From NCBI GenBank assembly GCA_001662655.1, contig KV460231.1: a DNA stretch of 64,000 bases. The stretch is one strand, 5' to 3'. This stretch comes from Pseudogymnoascus verrucosus (lineage: Eukaryota). Below the pieces are notes generated by a model. That model was given only the letters and a program-made list of their open reading frames with translations. It searched no databases and was not told the DNA's origin. The position numbers and the translations under genes are program-made. Positions within the stretch are counted from its first letter, which is position 1. Each line of letters begins with the position of its first letter. Below are positions 60,546-64,000 of the stretch, piece by piece.

Positions 60546-61889
60546 GAGAAGGAGGTATTGGGTACTTCAGGGAATCAATGCTGGTGGATATTTCTTAAGT
60601 GTTTCTTAACTGTAACTCGCACTTATACTCACATTCACGACGACTAGTCATTTTTTGTTAATATAATTCCTTCTTTACTCGTTTCGGAGATCGACCGAGG
60701 GAACAAGAGATAGATTGTTGAATGGGAGAGTAAATCATCATAATGTAAAAAATCTTAATAAGGAATCTAAATCTAATAACAGGAATTCCATCCCGTGTCA
60801 CATTTTTTTTTCCCCCTTCTCCCGCGTTTGGACTCACATATTCTAATACGTGGACCCCAATTTGCCCTTTTTCTGAATCACTCTTTGTTCATTGTCGACG
60901 GGGCAAGTATCTTAGCGCGTGAGTTTATAAGCAGAGGTACATGCGGCTAGGACGCAAGGACCCTCAGTGATTGATTACTCGACTTTCTTTCGCCGCTTCC
61001 GATCACCACCACGTCGCTGTTAGTGGTTGGACCGCCACCGAGACCGCTAAAAGGGGTGCTAGAGTCACCCACCGGAAACCCCCAAGAATCCCCTAAGAAT
61101 CCCCCAAATCGGAGCCCAATCCCCTAAACAGACACCACCATAAACTGCCCAAATCTCGCCCATTTCAGCCCACTCTAGCCCACACCGTCATCTTCTCCCT
61201 CTCCCTTCATCCACCAACGCACCAAAACGCACCAGCGCACCCTACTAAACTCAACTACTACTACTACTCCACCCCCGATTCTAGTAAGGTATCACCACGC
61301 CTCGACCACAACCACCATCCATCATTACCACACTCAACCCCCCCCACCCTTACTCCCTTTCGAACCTCAATCCCCCCAAGACCTTTCTCCAACAAACCCG
61401 CCTTACCCACTCCTCACAATCCTCTCTTGAACCTTCTTGGTTGTCTTGGAGTCCTTGGCCGAAAGATTCATTAAGCATCACAACTGTCTCCTCTTGGTCG
61501 GTCGCGAGTGCTTTATACTGACCGCTCTTGCGTCTTTGCCTCCCGGTCCCCTTTACGTCGTGGCGAGGTGACGACAATCCCATTGTTCGCATGCAGCCGC
61601 CCTCTTACGTCTCTCCTCCAAGTGCTGGCTAGGGAGCCCACCGCGACCCGTCCTTTGAACAAACAAGGGACTCGATCTAAACCAGACGATCCCTTCGTCC
61701 TGACCGCAACGGACCATCGAGTCCAGCCGGCACGCTTCTCGACTCGACCCGAAGGGCCTCGATTCGGTGACCTCACGACGACCCGCGACGCATCCTATGA
61801 CCCTTCAACGCATTACGAACCCCTCTGCTACCTCAACTCGACCTGACATTACTCTACACTCTACGACTACCACAGACACATAATTCACA

Positions 61890-64000
61890 ATGGACCCTAT
61901 GGACGGAGTGTACAGATCGACGAGCCTCGCAGATCGCCGTGCATCCATGGCCAATTCAGAGGAAGGAACCGCTCCCTCACCCACCCGCAACGTCCTCACC
62001 CTCGACACATTGAGCACCAGAATGCCGGCCCGAGTCGAGAAGATCGTGCAGACGAGGCCTCGAGGCCCTCCAACCCCGAACCTCACGACACCCGCCGAAC
62101 TAGACTCACCTACACACTCGAATCATGATCCGCCGCCGCCGCCAACGCCAGCAGCGAGTCCGGGACCGGACAACATGAGGCCGGATTGGAGCGCGGCAGG
62201 AGACCAGGAAGACATATTCCTCGCGCAGATCCGACAATACTTCAAGCAGCGATCAGGGCCAGAGCGTACGAGGATACTGGGGGACCTGTTGAACCTGTGC
62301 ACAAGCCAGCAGCTTAGTTTTGTATCACAATATGTCAGCCCGCTGCTAAAGAAGGACCCCTTCACCAGCCTGCCGGACGAGTTATGTTTGAGGGTAAGGC
62401 CCTTTTTTCTTGTCTTGTCTCGACACTTTGTGAGATTTCGGGTGCTAATTGTTTCGGATTAGGTGCTGTCATTTATCGACGATGGGAAGGTCTTGGCCCG
62501 AGCGTCACAGGTCTCACGCAGGTGGAGGGATCTATTGGCTGACGACATGACGTGGAAGAACCTCTGTGAGAGACACGATTACAGGCGCCGACTCTCTGTC
62601 CGCGACGACACCATCGAGCCGAATAGTCCTATTCCACCGTTGCCTGTGAGGCCTCAAGCATATCCCCTTGTGACGTCCGCGCCGCAACTCTTCGGCGCCA
62701 ACTACGTCGCCTCAGCCCCGCCTTTCACATCCCACTCGCGCAGTTTCGATACTGCGACGGCGCACTCGAAGATGACGAAGAGGCCGCCCATCAGATCGCA
62801 CAAGTCATACTTCAAGCAGAGGTACTTGGTTGAGACGGCGTGGAGGGCTGGCGGACAGCATGTTTCGCGACACATTACGCAGGATCAGGGCGTTGTTACC
62901 AGCTTACATCTGACGCCGAAGTACATTGTCGTCGCACTCGACAATGCTAAGATTCACGTTTTCGATACTGATGGTGATAATCAGAAGACCCTGCAGGGCC
63001 ATGTTATGGGTGTGTGGGCGATGGTTCCGTGGGGCGATACACTTGTTAGTGGAGGATGTGATCGTGATGTTCGGGTCTGGGACATGGCTTCTGGGTACGT
63101 TTGATTGCGACACTTTCATTATAAATGCTAACATCTATCACAGCGAGAGTAGACATACCCTGAGGGGTCATACATCGACTGTGCGATGTCTGAAGATGTC
63201 CGATGCCAACACCGCCATATCCGGATCCAGAGACACAACCCTTCGAATCTGGGACATCAAAACCGGCCTCTGCAAGAACGTCCTCGTCGGCCACCTCGCC
63301 AGCGTCCGATGTCTCGAGATCCACGGCGACATCGTCGTCTCCGGCAGCTACGACACCACCGCCCGCGTCTGGAGCATCTCCGAAGGCCGCTGTCTCCGCA
63401 CCCTCAACGGCCACTTCAGCCAGATCTACGCCATCGCCTTTGACGGGAAGCGCATCGCGACAGGCAGCCTCGACACCAGCGTGCGCATCTGGGATCCGGA
63501 GAATGGGACCTGTCAGGCTATACTGCAGGGCCACACGTCGCTTGTGGGACAGCTGCAGATGCGTGGGAATACGCTTGTTACGGGCGGATCGGACGGGTCG
63601 GTGAGGGTATGGTCGCTGGAGAAGATGGCGCCTATTCATCGGCTGGCGGCGCATGATAATAGCGTCACTAGTCTGCAGTTTGATGATAATCGCGTGGTCA
63701 GTGGTGGCAGCGACGGACGTGTGAAAGTCTGGGATCTCAAAACCGGACACCTCGTGCGCGAACTCACCGCCCCCGCTGACGCGGTGTGGCGCGTCGCGTT
63801 CGAGGAGGAAAAGTGCGTGGTCATGGCGAGTCGGTCGAATAGGACAATTATGGAGGTGTGGTCGTTTTCGCCGCCGCTGGAGGCTGCCGGCCAGGAGAGA
63901 ACGGGGTTTATGCATAATCTCCCCCCGAGACCGTTGAGTGAGACGGGGTATCGGTTTACGGGGGCGGATGAGGATATGGGGGGGTTGGAGGGGGGGGATG
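61890..64000 (+). CDS. F-box/WD40 SCF substrate adaptor (Fbw7/Sel-10/Cdc4-like), 3' end beyond the window
   Basis: DPFTSLPDELCLR/VLSFID F-box; repeated GH...W[DS] WD40 units; introns about 62394-62462 and 63095-63143; no stop before 64000; true start codon uncertain. Confidence 0.9.

Noticed and set aside
58860..60660. Firm identification as telomerase RNA, RNase P/MRP, SRP or snR30
   Set aside because: No 1.5x TAACCC template on either strand, no convincing U-rich/A-rich pseudoknot or P6.1, and none of the conserved motifs of the other RNAs; kept only as an unidentified candidate.
61508..61846. ORF upstream of the F-box gene as a uORF or extra exon
   Set aside because: Starts at GTG, has no recognisable motif and no clear splice link; cannot be supported without conservation data.
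63046..63915. 289-aa minus-strand ORF and similar long antisense ORFs (13737-14426, 22734-23408, 34794-35441, 54496-55224)
   Set aside because: Shadows of codon-biased genes on the opposite strand, with no recognisable motifs.

Overview
Eukaryotic DNA from a filamentous ascomycete: short spliceosomal introns with CTRAC-type branch points and an intron-containing tRNA. The protein sequences and codon style suggest a Leotiomycete, possibly Pseudogymnoascus-like; this is inference only. The window holds about 21 apparently intact protein genes, including a ~4,960-aa midasin (MDN1/REA1), a CLC transporter, CBR1, mitochondrial bL12, a phosphate carrier, Hsp31, a gelsolin-like protein, two MFS transporters, a GH45, an AA7-like FAD oxidase, a CFEM protein and an F-box/WD40 gene that runs off the right end. 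It also holds three pseudogenes (two APH-like phosphotransferases and a GH43), one tRNA-Pro(AGG) and several minisatellites. No CRISPR array, rRNA or intact transposon is visible. The strongest unexplained signal is a region of at least 1.3 kb (about 58860-60160, perhaps to 60660) with no credible gene. By eye it folds into many nested helices whose non-Watson-Crick pairs read as G-U on the + strand, making it a candidate long structured ncRNA. Other oddities are a GH45 lacking its catalytic acid and carrying a GPI-like tail, a tRNA with A53-U61, a CFEM domain that has lost one whole disulfide pair, a CLC lacking the proton glutamate, and recurrent C-rich-then-G-rich compositional switches that ignore gene orientation. 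All family assignments come from recognising motifs; no searches were run.
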